Shown here piece by piece: positions 13,497 to 25,299 of a stretch of 64,000 nt of DNA (positions are counted from its first letter, which is position 1; each line of letters starts with the position of its first letter). The notes beneath the pieces are model-generated. The model searched no databases and had not been told where the DNA came from. It saw only the letters and a list, made by a program, of their open reading frames with translations. The position numbers and the translations under genes were made by a program. Origin of the DNA: Octopus sinensis (lineage: Eukaryota); contig NC_043001.1 in NCBI RefSeq assembly GCF_006345805.1, positions 61,442,001 to 61,506,000 of the forward strand, written 5' to 3'.

Positions 13497-14056
13497 AGGT
13501 GACAAGAATAGTTTTGGCATTTATACATTTAAGCAGGTTTAAAGGGGTGGTGGTGGGGGACGCGCATCTATATATACATAAATACATACATGCATACAAA
13601 CATATACATATATACATACATGCATACTCAAATAATAAATAATAAATATATATACGTGCAATTACCCATCGTATGTGTACGGAAGTACATTTATATATGT
13701 GGTTTTGTGTGTACATAGTTATATGTGAAAGTCGGTACACTTATGTATGTATGAATATAACACGTGCGTCTGTGTATGTGTATGAGTGTGCGTGTGAGTG
13801 TGTGTGCGTGTGTGAGTGTTTGTGTTCGTATCAGTGGGAAGAAAGATAGAAAGGAAGGGAGAGGGGCAATAAATGGTTTCTTTAGGCCAGCTAAGCTAGA
13901 TCCCTTGGGAGAACCATACTTCAGTGCCGGCCTGGTTGGTGGAGGTCAAAATAAAAATAAAAATAAAAATAGACATAAAAATAAAATTAAAATAAGGGAA
14001 GAAATGTGTGTGTATGTGTGTGCATGTATATGCATATGTATGTGTATGTATATATG

Positions 14057-14129
<73 letters not shown>

Positions 14130-14367
14130 ATGAGTGTGTGTGTATATATATATATATATTATATATATATATATATAGATATATGAGCGTGTGTGTATGG
14201 GGGTGTATATCCTCTTTTATATTTGTTTTTATATTTATTTATTTTTATATATATGTGTGAAGATATATGTGTGTATGTATGAGTATGGGTATGGGTGTGT
14301 ACGTAGATGTATGTAAATGGGTACATATGTACATGTGTATATGGATGTATGTGTGTATGTGTATGTA

Positions 14368-14406
<39 letters not shown>

Positions 14407-14673
14407 GTGTATGTATGTATATATATATATGTGTGTGTGTGTGTGTATATGTGTATGTGTGTGTATATGTATATATATATATGTATAAGTGAGAGTCTCC
14501 TTATTTACCTAAACTCTATTATTCTATTTATTCCTTTATCTACTTTATCACTGATTCCTTTGACCACTCCCCTAAGAATGATAGTTTGCGCCATGCCTAC
14601 CCCAAAAAGTCCCCCACCACCACCCCTTTAAACCTGCCTAAATGTATAAATGCCAAAACTATTCTTGTCACCT

Positions 14674-14724
14674 AGCTTCCTGATGATTTCTTTTGAATGA
14701 AACAGTTCTAGTCCTGTAGAAGCT
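14674..14724 (+). ncRNA. Type I hammerhead ribozyme (canonical core)
   Basis: agcttc-CTGATGA-tttc[tttt]gaat-GAAA-cag[ttctagtc]ctg-TA-gaagct. Confidence 0.85.
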
Positions 14725-14807
14725 CCTTCTATAAAATAAATTAATTTACTCTGCTATGTATTGAGTACCTTATTTACTGTGGTTAACCCCGACTCAACCC
14801 GGGACCT

Positions 14808-14889
<82 letters not shown>

Positions 14890-15459
14890 CATATATAAAC
14901 ATATATATATACGCACATACACACTTATATATAAATATGTATATTATATATATATATATATAAATATATAGCGTATATACATAAAGACACACCAATAATC
15001 ATTTGTGCAAATTACGATTCATTTATATTATCTATGCCACAATACTTTTTAATTACGTAGACAAGTTAATTTATTCAAAGCTATATGAATGGAGTCACGC
15101 TTGTAGACGAATATGTATTTTGATTTATGTATATTCTAATTTTATAATATAAGTTGTCTGAACACCTGCTCCATGGGAATGTGTTCAAAAACTGTGCTTT
15201 AGAAAACGATGTAGGAAAGATGTCTGTACCATCTTTGCAGAACCGTTCCCCACTTATACATCAAGATGTCTTCAAGGCCAAAACATATCCATGAACGATA
15301 ACAGCCAAAAAACTACAGTATCCTAACAAAAATGGTTAATAGAAACTCCACAATCATTAAGATAATCCTAAAAGTAAGGAAGAGACTGCATTTATTCAAG
15401 TATTCTAACAAGCTGCTTGCCATCTTCATGGAGTAAAATCGATTCGAGAGGAATATTAT

Positions 15460-18020
15460 CGTGTACTGCTATGATAAAACCTTCGGTTTCAGCCTTCAGT
15501 TCTGAGTTCTTCATCTATACATGAGGGTCTCGTTTTTTTCACTCTACATGGGTATCGGCCATGCATCGGTTTTTCTAGCCATTCTTCTGGGCTTGTTTTT
15601 TCATCTCTTCTTTAACTCTTTTAGCAAACTGGGTTACTTTCTCACTCGCCTTCATCAGTTGTTTTTAAGCTGCACAGATTCTTTTGGGTGGTTCATTCGA
15701 GCCATGGTTAGTAGTTTTCTGATCTTGGAGTCTAGCCTCTTTATTTCGCTCATTTGCCAGTTGATTATGTTAAACCTGTAAGCTACGATTGGTACTGCAA
15801 GAGTGTTAATGGCTTCTTTTTTGCAGCGTTGAGTTCAGTCTTTGTTACTAACCGTACTCTCCTGTAGTACCCTTTTCTAATCTCTTTCATTGCTGAATGT
15901 TTTATGCCGTTACTTTCGTTTATGCCAAGGTATTTATATGCTTCTTCCGGGACCAGTGCTCGAATTCTTGCCTCTGCATATACGTGGAAACTTGCAGAAC
16001 ATGCCAGTTTGCCTCTTATGAAAGTGGTTTTGGCGCATTTCTCCAGTCAAACTGCATCCTGATATCATCACTCAACTTTTTAACCCTAGCAAATAGTCCT
16101 TCTTGTTCGTCATTTTTTGAGTACATTTTCAGATCCATGTAGAACAGAGGATTCCCTTTTTTCTTCTTGATCTCATATCCCTATCCGGTATTGTTTAGCA
16201 TGGTACTTAATGGTGCCAGTGCTAAGCAGAATATTAAGGGTGACAGCGAGTCTCCTTGGAAGATACCACTTTTGATTTTGATTGGTCTACTTGTTATTGA
16301 TCCACTGGAATGGTTCAGCGTCAACGTAGTTTCCCATGTTTTCATGCTGTGCTTTATAACCTTGATGAGAGTTGGGGATACTTTGTATACTTCCATCACT
16401 TTCAGCATCCATGATTGAGGTCACTATCGAACGCCTTTTTATAGTCGATCCATGATGTGCTCAGGTTCGTTTTCCTGGTTTTGCAGTCTTCTTCAAGGAT
16501 CATTTTGTTTATCAGCAATTGGGCGTTGCATCCGTAGGTCCGACATCGACAACCTGTTTGTTCTGGTGGTAGTAGGTTGGTTTCTTCTAGTAATGTGTAT
16601 GTTCTTTCAGTGATTACAGATGTTAATATTCTATACATTGTTGGTAGACAGGTGATTGGTCTATAGTTCTTTGGGTTTTCTGTGTCATTTGTTGTGCCTT
16701 TGCTTGGATTTTTTGCTTTAGGTTTTCTTTTGCTTCATGTATTTCATTGTTTTGTTTGATTCCATGCTTTTTGCATATTTTATTGGCTTTTCTTTGGTTG
16801 ACCAGGTTTCCGTTACTTATTTCGGTCAGTATTGATAAGTTGCCTCTCATGCATTGTATATTCTTTTCTAAGTTTTCTTTCTATCTTGGTTGTCTTTTCT
16901 TCTGTTCAGCAGTTTTCTTTTTCTTTTTAGTTTAATGCCTTTGCTTCAGTAATAGATGTAGCTGTTTCATAGGCTAGTTGGTTTAGCGATGTTATATTTA
17001 GTGCTTCTATTGTTGTTGATTTTATCTCATCTATGACATTATTGCTAATTTTAATCAACTCCTTCAGGTTCTTATACAAACTGACTTTTGGTAGGGGCCC
17101 TCTGTCGGTGATGTCTTGTGCGCTTTTACCTGTTCCCACTTTCTCTGTATTTGTTCTTTTAGTTCCAAATATTTCTCCCTATCCATGTCACTGTTTCGTG
17201 CTGTTGATTGTTTTGTAGACTCTTCTATCTCATTACCCACAGAGGGTTCCTCAAATACATCATCTTCTTGGTTTTCTGTAGTCCCTGTTTCTATTATTTC
17301 ATTTGTATTTGGTGTTATAGGGTGAAACCTGTTGACTTTTTCTTTTATTTTTCCAGCTCAGTGTCTGTGAGCCACCTGTTTTTAATGGGATCTCTTCGAA
17401 CATTCCCTAACTTGTTGGGATCCATGATTAACCTTGAAGTTTGATTTTGGTGTCTATAATTGATAAGTCCTTTTTGTCCTGTTATCTTCTGATGCTGTGA
17501 CTACCACCGTGTAGTATTCTTCCATGACTAGTTTATACTCTTCCCGATTCCATTTAGTTCCACGGGTATTGCGTGTAGTATGACTTGCATCGATGGGGCT
17601 CAGGTTGAGGTTTTCCTCGGTTAAGTTGCCCGGGAGTAGGTAGAATTTGAATCAGTAAACAACTTTTTGCTCCCAGCTTGACTTCTAACTAGGGGACGTG
17701 CTCCTTGTTGACCCGTGAGACGAGCGATGCGGTATGGATTGTTTTATTGGCTTTATCCATTATTGGTTAACTACTGGGTGTATTCATGGTGATTGGCCAC
17801 ATTCTCCTTGAGTACCGGAGTGTGCGCTATGCGTATCACACACATTCCTTGTTCCGCCGCCTCAGACTTCATGCACTTAAAGGAAGGTATCCCTTCAGCC
17901 ACAACAGCACCCTAACTGCCGTTGCCCCTCACTTTGCACCACTGTCGAGTGGAGGTTCCGGGACATGGCCGTCGGCGTGCGCAACCGGCTACATGGAGTC
18001 ATAAGTGAGAGCTGAGCTTT
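15460..18020 (-). mobile_element. R4/Dong-type non-LTR retrotransposon, degenerate, with internal deletions (copy 1)
   Basis: N-terminal KWNREEYKLVMEEYY; RT motifs NYRPITCLPTMYRILT, WIDYKKAFDS, GIFQGDSLSPLIFCLALAPLS, FYMD(L)KMY; downstream ETEGFIIA. The clade call rests on motif recognition, and assigning 17800-18020 as its 5' UTR is tentative. Confidence 0.75.
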
Positions 18021-18109
18021 GTTGTAAACTAGTGACCATTATCCATGCTCTTGGCATGCGACAGATGGTGAACAGAAGTACTATCACTAAAAAATACCCC
18101 ATATGCCCT

Positions 18110-18223
18110 TTATATCGTGACAGTCGTTGTGCCTTTGCTTGGATTTTTTGCTTTAGGTTTTCTTTTGCTTCATGTATTTCATTGTTCTGTTTGATTCCAT
18201 GCTTTTTGCATATTTTCTTAGCT
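18110..18223 (-). mobile_element. R4/Dong copy 2, left piece
   Basis: 18126-18223 matches 16691-16788 (KICKKHGIKQNNEIHEAKENLKQKIQAKAQ) and continues RLSRY where copy 1 is deleted. Confidence 0.85.
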
Positions 18224-19197
18224 GTGTAACAGGTGTAAGGCATCTTATATTGAAGGAATATGACGAAAAAACAGCGCGCTGAGAAACGGGGGGAGGGGAG
18301 GGGGCTCGGAAAATTCCCACGATCAACCGTAGAGGATCCGAGCAATAAACCTCAACACCCGGTCGCAGGAGCGCAACAGAAACCGTCTAAATACTTCTCA
18401 TGCAATGTGTATACAACAAATATCGAGAAAAAATGCACGCTGACAAACGGGGGCGTGGGGAGGGGGCTCGGAAAATACCCACGATCAACCGTAGAGGATC
18501 CGAGCAATAAACCTCAACGCCCGGTCGCAGGAGCGCAACAGAAACCGTCTAAATACTTCTCATGCAATGTATATACAACAAATATCGAGAAAAAATGCAC
18601 GCTGACAAACGGGGGCGTGGGGAGGGGCCTCGGAAAATACCCACGATCAACCGTAGAGGATCCGAGCAATAAACCTCAACGCCCGGTCGCAGGAGCGCAA
18701 CAGAAACCGTCTAAATACTTCTCATGCAATGTGTATACAACAAATATCGAGAAAAAATGCGCGCTGACAAACGGGGGCGTGGGGAGGGGGCTCGGAAAAT
18801 ACCCACGATCAACCGTAGAGGATCCGAGCAATAAACCTCAACGCTCGGTCGCAGGAGCGCAACAGAAACCGTCTAAATACTTCTCATGCAATGTGTATAC
18901 AACAAATATCGAGAAAAAATGCGCGCTGACAAACGGGGGCGTGGGGAGGGGGCTCGGAAAATACCCACGGTCAACCGTAGAGGATCCGAGCAATAAACCT
19001 CAACACCCGGTCGCAGGAGCGCAACAGAAACCGTCTAAATACTTCTCATGCAATGTGTATACAACAAATATCGAGAAAAAATGCGCACTGACAAACGGGG
19101 GCGTGGGGAGGGGGCTCGGAAATACCCACTATCAACCATAGAGGATCCGAGCAATAAACCTCAAGACCCGGTCGCAGGAGCGCAACAGAAACCGTCT
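18224..19197 (+). repeat. Tandem array of 162-bp units (~5.7 units) plus a partial outer variant unit
   Basis: CTCGG recurs at 18305, 18467, 18629, 18791, 18953 and 19115. Confidence 0.97.
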
Positions 19198-19198
19198 G

Positions 19199-19750
19199 AA
19201 TGGAGATGAAGAGCCCAAGGAAGAAATAGAGGGAGGAAGAACTAAAAGAAGGACTAAAAGAACTAAAGGAAAAGCTCAAGCAGGACCAAAGGGTGAAACA
19301 GCCAGGAATAGAATTGGAACCACAAAGGATGGAAACAAACAGCGCACACGGGTGTGTAGGTTCTACCTGAGAGGTACCTGCTGGCATGGAGAGGAAGGTG
19401 CAGGCTGCCGCTTTGCACATCGGGGACCCTGCCGCAGAGACACGAAACAGATAAGAAACAAACCATCAACAAAAGGAAAAGGGATGGACCACGCACCACC
19501 TGCCCCAAAACAGAGGTACGCAAATGTGGTGCGTGCCACAAACTGCCAACATGATGTTGTTGAAAGGGCAGCTGCTGAGCAAGAATCTTTTTTGTGCATG
19601 GCACAAAAGATTGTACAGCAGCTAACCTGGCTTCATCAAACCCAAGCTCGCAGGTGGGACTACCCACAATATACAAGACCACCACAGCAAACAGACCCAA
19701 GATGGACACCGCCGGCAACAACATACACCTCACCTCGATGCTCCTACTGA
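19199..19750 (+). pseudogene. LINE ORF1 C-terminal part with a CCCH-type zinc finger
   Basis: Open from the junction: NGDEEPKEE...RVCRFYLRGTCWHGEEGAGCRFAH. No in-frame ATG before the finger. Confidence 0.65.
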
Positions 19751-22734
19751 ACATCAGAGGACTGCAAACACTCAGCAACAGGCCAAAAATCCCGTTCTTG
19801 AGAGACTTTGTTGCATGCAATCAAGCCTTATGCATAGCACTTACGGAAACGCACCTGAAACCGGACATAGCAGATGCGGAATTACACATACCACAGTATG
19901 TTGTACTACGGACCGACAGAAAAGAAAGGAGTCATGGAGGAGTTGCTATGTACATCCGTGAGGACCTCACACCCCAGGTCCTTTTGTCATACTCAAACTC
20001 GGTGTGTGACACACTAATTGTACATATAAGGCAACTTGATGTAGCTGTGTGTGCTACATATCGCCCTCCAGATGCTCCAAGCCATGTAGGCAAGTTTGAA
20101 GACTGCCTTATAAAAATAGAAGAAGTTCTAATCACATTAGAACAACACATAAGTGTACTTCTTATGGGAGACTTCAATCTACCCAATGTCAGATGGCCCG
20201 AGGGTCTTTCTCTCCCAGGAATGACAAGATGTGAACGAGGACAGGCGAGGTCCCTCCTGAACCTCATCAACACCCTGTACATGGAGCAAGTAATACTCCA
20301 ACCAACCAGGGCAGGTAACACACTGGATCTCTGCTTCACAAATAATATGGATCTCATCCATAATGTGAAAGTGACATCGACACTACTCTCGGATCACAAC
20401 ATGGTAGAGCTGACCATGTACGGGCCAAAAGAGAGCACGGACATGCAGCCTACAAGAAAACCTCAGAATCTTTCCAGCTTGAACTACCATAAGGCAAACT
20501 GGAAGCAAATTGAGAAAGAGATCCTCAAACAAAACTGGCCTGAATGTCTCTCCTCAACAGACATCGACGTGAAACTTCAACAATTCATGTCTGTAATGCA
20601 AGCCATATGCTACAAATGTGTCCCAGAGAGAAAGGCCACTGTACACAAGAACAAAATCCCCAGAGAGAGAAAAATTTTAATGAGACGGCGTACAAAAATT
20701 TCAAATCGCCTAAACAAACAAATTGAAAGCAGTGAAAAGTCCCGCCAGAAAATAAAACTGTTGGAAATTGAAAAATGTCTGCAACTCTCCCATGAAAAGG
20801 AAAGAGCAGACAAAGAAACCTGGGCTATAGACAACATAAAATCTAACCCCAGAGCTTTCTACAGGTATGCCAAAGAAACAGCTACGGTGCGCTGTAGGAT
20901 AGGGCCACTCCTTGACAAGGATGGCACACTCACAGGAAAACCAATGAGGGTAAGTGAAATACTGAATGAGTAATTCAAGAGTGTTTTCACTCCACCCCTT
21001 GGGCATTTCCAAATCACCAATCCAACTGACTTCTTTACCACTGCAGATATAAAATCAGAGGCGGCGACGATAAATTACATCGATATAAAGGAAGACGATG
21101 TAATAAAGGCTATAGATGAAATGAAAACAGACTCAGCTACTGGCCCCGATGGATTCCCGGCAATCCTCCTAAAAGTATGTAAGAGAGTCCTAGCAAGACC
21201 ACTGCAGTTCCTCTTTCAGAGCTTCCTTGCAGCTGGCAAACTTCCAAGAAATCTGAAGGGAGGTAAAATATGCCCTATTCATAAAGGAGGTAGCAGAGCG
21301 GAGGCCAAGAACTACAGACCTATCTCTCTCACCTCACACATCAGCAAGGTCATGGAACGAATAGTCAGAAGGAAACTGATCACCTTCCTTGAAGAAAATG
21401 ACTTGCTGCCCGACACCCAACATGGTTTCCGACCAGGGAGAAGCTGTTTAACTCAACTCCTACAACACTATGACTGGGTGCTGAAACGACTGCTCAACCA
21501 CTCAAATGTGGAAGTGATATATCTCGACTTTGCAAAGGCCTTTGATAAAGTCGATCATGAAATGATATGTCACAAACTGCGTGATCTCAACATAGTTGGA
21601 AAACTGGGAGAATGGCTTCATGACTTTCTGAAAGATAGAAGTCAGGTGGTAGTAGAATGGCTTCATGACTTTCTGAAAGATAGAAGTCAGGTGGTAGTAG
21701 CCACTTCCATTAACACGCAAATAGTGAGCGGTGTTCCGCAGGGCACTGTTTTGGGACCACTACTGTTCATAATGTCCCTCTCAGACATGCCCTCAGCCAC
21801 GCAGAGAGCCACGATCACAAGTTATGCAGATAATACAAAAGTTTCACAGGCAATACAGAACCCTGAGGACACTAAACGCCTGCAATGTGAGCTGGACAAA
21901 ATATACAAGTGGGCTGAAAAGAATAGCATGCAGTTCAATGCTGAAAAGTTTCAAGCTTTATACTATCAGCATGCAAAACTAAATGCAATACCCAATGAAT
22001 ACACTGGACCCGGAGGAATTGCAATCCCAGAGGCACAATCAGTGCGTGACCTGGGTATTTACATGAATGATGACGCAACCTTTCGTGTACATGTTGCTAA
22101 ATTGGGAATGAAATGTAGACGACTGGCCAGATGGATTCTCAGAACCTTTAGAACAAGAGAACAAGAAACCATGATGGTCCTCTGGAGGACACTTGTCCTA
22201 AGCCACTTTGACTATTGCTCTCAGTTATGGTCACCATCCAGTGTCAAGTTGATCACAGAACTTGAGGCGATCCAACGTAGCTACACGAAGAAGATAGCCT
22301 CTATGCAGAATATAAGCTACTGGGAAAGACTCAAGAGATTAAAACTCTATTCCTTGGAGCGTAGGCGAGAAAGATATGCCATAATATACATCTGGAAGAT
22401 CCAGGAGCGACTTATCCCAAACTTTGGCATCGAGAGTTACACAAATGCCAGAACTGGGCGCCACTGCGTGGTGCCTAGGACACCAAATTTGCCATCAAGA
22501 TGTAGGACAAGATACTGTGATAGCCTGGGCTTCCGAGGCCCACAGCTCTTCAATATCCTCCCGAAGAACCTAAGAGACCTGCATGGGGTGGATGCAGATG
22601 TCTTTAAAATGAAACTGGATCTCTTCCTGTCAGGTATCCCAGATGAAGCAACTTCACGGCAGGAGGTGCAGATGAGGGCAGCTGCATCGAACTCTCTCAT
22701 GCACCAAATGGCAGTTGCTAAAACGCTGTCGTGA
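19594..22734 (+). pseudogene. LINE ORF2 (APE endonuclease + reverse transcriptase) with a single in-frame TAA at 20971-20973
   Basis: NIRGL, LTETHL, GGVAMY, YRPP, MGDFN, LDLCF, SDH; GPDG, NYRPISL, QHGFRPGRSC, DFAKAFDKV, SGVPQGTVLGPLLF, YADN. The two listed ORFs share a frame. Confidence 0.92.
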
Positions 22735-22798
22735 AAACCATGTAGCAACACCAAATGGCGGTACCCCAGCATGGCCACAGCTCATGAGCTGAAACTAG

Positions 22799-22832
<34 letters not shown>

Positions 22833-22843
22833 ATATATATAGA

Positions 22844-23211
22844 CTAGCAGTATCGCCCGGCGTTGCTCGGGTTTGTAAGGGAAATAACTATATAAGCATT
22901 TTTAGAGATGTAAAGCCATCTCAATATGGTTAACCGCAAAGAGGGGGGGAGTGTTACTGTAGCTTTTTACGTTCTCTGAGATTTAATAATACATTTTTAG
23001 AGAGTTACTTCCCTTATGCAAAAATGCGTTGAAAATGGGGGAAATTGATGGTAAATTTTTCTTTAAATCGTAGACGCATCGTAGGGCTCGATATGAATCA
23101 CGACTATAAGATACCCGGTTTTGGTTACACTGCACCGCAAAATGTGGAAGTAGTTAGGAATCTAAATCGTAGGAGACAGATAGCACACAACCTCACTTTT
23201 ATATATAAAGA
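22844..23211 (-). mobile_element. Non-autonomous Helitron, family A
   Basis: CTAG and hairpin at 22844-22872; TC 5' end at 23211; homologous to the other two copies. Confidence 0.88.
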
Positions 23212-24415
23212 CAAGCTGAAGGTAACCCGCTCTACGCGCGGGTAAGAGTGTGGGTGTTACTTTCAGTTGCTTCCTTTCAGCACGTAAAAAGCACCATCCG
23301 AACGTGGCCGATTGCAGCACCGCCTTGACTTGCTTCTCTGCCGGTGGCACGTAAAAAGCACCAACCGATCGTTCCCATTGCGAGCCCCCCTGGCACCAGT
23401 GCTGGCGGCACGAAAAAAGCACTCACTACACTCACAGAGTGGTTGGCGTTAGGAAGGTCATCTACCTGTAGAAACACTGCCAGATCAGACTGGAGCCTGG
23501 TGCAGCCTCCTGGCTTCCGAAACCCCGGTCACACTGCCCAACCCGTGCTAGCACGGAAAACGGACGTTAAACGATGATGATGATGATGATTCTCCGTATT
23601 TGTTTCTCTCTCCTTTCTTTCTCACTTTCCCACTCTCTTACTTTTCTTTTCTCTCGGACTCTCCCTCGCTTTCTCTTACTCTCTATCTTTATCTATCTCT
23701 CTCCCATTTATAAACAACAGAAGATCTTGAGTAAGTTGAGAAATAAAATATTTAGAAAGATCAATCAGAAATATGAGGCAGTGGCAATGGAAAGGTCTGC
23801 TTCAGGGCAGACAGCAAAACGCTAACATTTAAAAAGGGACAGACGAACTTGCGAGCTGAATAAAAATAATAAAATATTGGAAACCAAAGTTTGAAGGAAT
23901 AGAATCTGAGGATAGTAGAGTCACCATGGCTGGCATTTGTTAACGACGGACAGCAACGTAGTGACAGTTTAACGGCTGGCGTAAAATTTTAAACTTGATG
24001 TAAAAGAAAATTCGTAAACACCAAGTTTTGAAGTGATTCTTTCTCACGACAGTAGACTCACCATTGCAAGCATTCAAAACTTCTTTATCATGGACGGCAA
24101 CACATTGACGATTAAAAGGCTGGCGCAAATTTTTTAGCTTGATGTAACAGAGAATTCCTAAACACCCGCTCCTTGAAATTTTAATCCCCTTCCAGCCCCA
24201 TTTAGACCCCTTTTCACATTTTGGTTAATATAACCCGATTTCATTCGGGTCTACTGGGGCCACATTTTATAAGATGAGGAATTTTGTCCTGGAGGTGACG
24301 CCTTTCATTTGAGGAACAAAATAGTTGTCATGCAAACTTGTCAGCACCTTTAACATAGGTGTGCATATTTTCAGCTGAATCGACCGACTACGTAATGCAC
24401 ACATTATATATATAT
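23212..24415 (-). mobile_element. Putative non-autonomous Helitron, family B
   Basis: Minus-strand 3' end has hairpin ACCCGCGCGTAGAGCGGGT followed by CTTG; the interior is repeated at 1-313; the 5' end is lost in (TA)n and its position is approximate. Confidence 0.55.
23281..23590 (+). mobile_element. 5'-truncated SINE with (GAT)n tail, nested in Helitron B
   Basis: Repeated GCACGTAAAAAGCAC units, GGTTGGCGTTAGGAAGG core, and CGGACGTTAAACGATGATGAT tail. Confidence 0.75.
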
Positions 24416-24418
24416 ATT

Positions 24419-24460
<42 letters not shown>

Positions 24461-24603
24461 CACGCATTTTATATACAAATGTATACAAATGAGATATATA
24501 TCTGTATAAATTAAATTAGAGATAAAACCACTAATAGGCAAATCAAACAGTGAAAAACCAAAAACAAAAACATAAAAAAAGAAAATATAACATAGAAAAT
24601 ATA

Positions 24604-25006
24604 TCTATATATATAAAACTGTAGTTGTGTGAGTGTCTGTCCCCTTCGATTTAGATTCCTAACTACTCCCACATTTTGCGGTGCAGTGTAACCAAAACCG
24701 GGTATCTTATAGTCGTGATTCATATCGAGCCCTTCTGGGTATTAGCGCGCGTCTACGACGAGTCTACGATTTAAAAAAATATTTACCATCATTTTTTATT
24801 CCATTTTAATGCATTTTTCGCTATTATATAAGGGAAGTAACTCTCTAAAAATGTCTACGATGAGTCAACGATTTAAAAAAAAATTACTATCATTTTTTAT
24901 TCCATTTTTAATGCATTTTTTGCTTTTTCTTTTGCTATAACTCACTAAAAATGCTTATATAGTTATTTCCCTTACAAACCCGAGCAACGCCGGGCGATAC
25001 TGCTAG
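24604..25006 (+). mobile_element. Non-autonomous Helitron, family A
   Basis: A|TCTATATATATAAAA...CCCGAGCAACGCCGGG-CGATACTG-CTAG|T. Confidence 0.92.
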
Positions 25007-25299
25007 TAAAATATAAAATTGAAAACTTTAAATTATTTAAATTGAAAATAAAATTTATTAAATTATATTTATAATTTGTTTAAAAATATACATAACTATG
25101 AAAAAGTATGAAAAAGTTTAATATACATAAATACAGATATATACACTTTGTATATATACATTATATATACATATTTATATATAGAACACACACACACACA
25201 CACATACATTATATATACATATTTATATATAGAACACACACACACACATACATTATATATACATATTTATATATAGAACACACACACACACACATATAT

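Larger units (their letters stand above)
13429..14808. mobile_element. Non-coding PLE-derived mini-element with 133-bp inverted HHR-bearing repeats
   Basis: 13429-13561 is the reverse complement of 14609-14741 with one mismatch; the interior is microsatellite-rich; both sides abut (TA)n. Confidence 0.8.
19198..22830 (+). mobile_element. CR1-type LINE, truncated within ORF1, with (TCAA)n tail
   Basis: ORF1 remnant, APE endonuclease, RT, 3' motif GGCGGTACCCCAGCATGGCC, and tetranucleotide tail at 22801-22830. Confidence 0.92.

Noticed and set aside
18224-19197. 162-bp arrays as CRISPR-like arrays
   Set aside because: Units are near-identical along their whole length with no unique spacers, there are no cas genes, and the context is eukaryotic.
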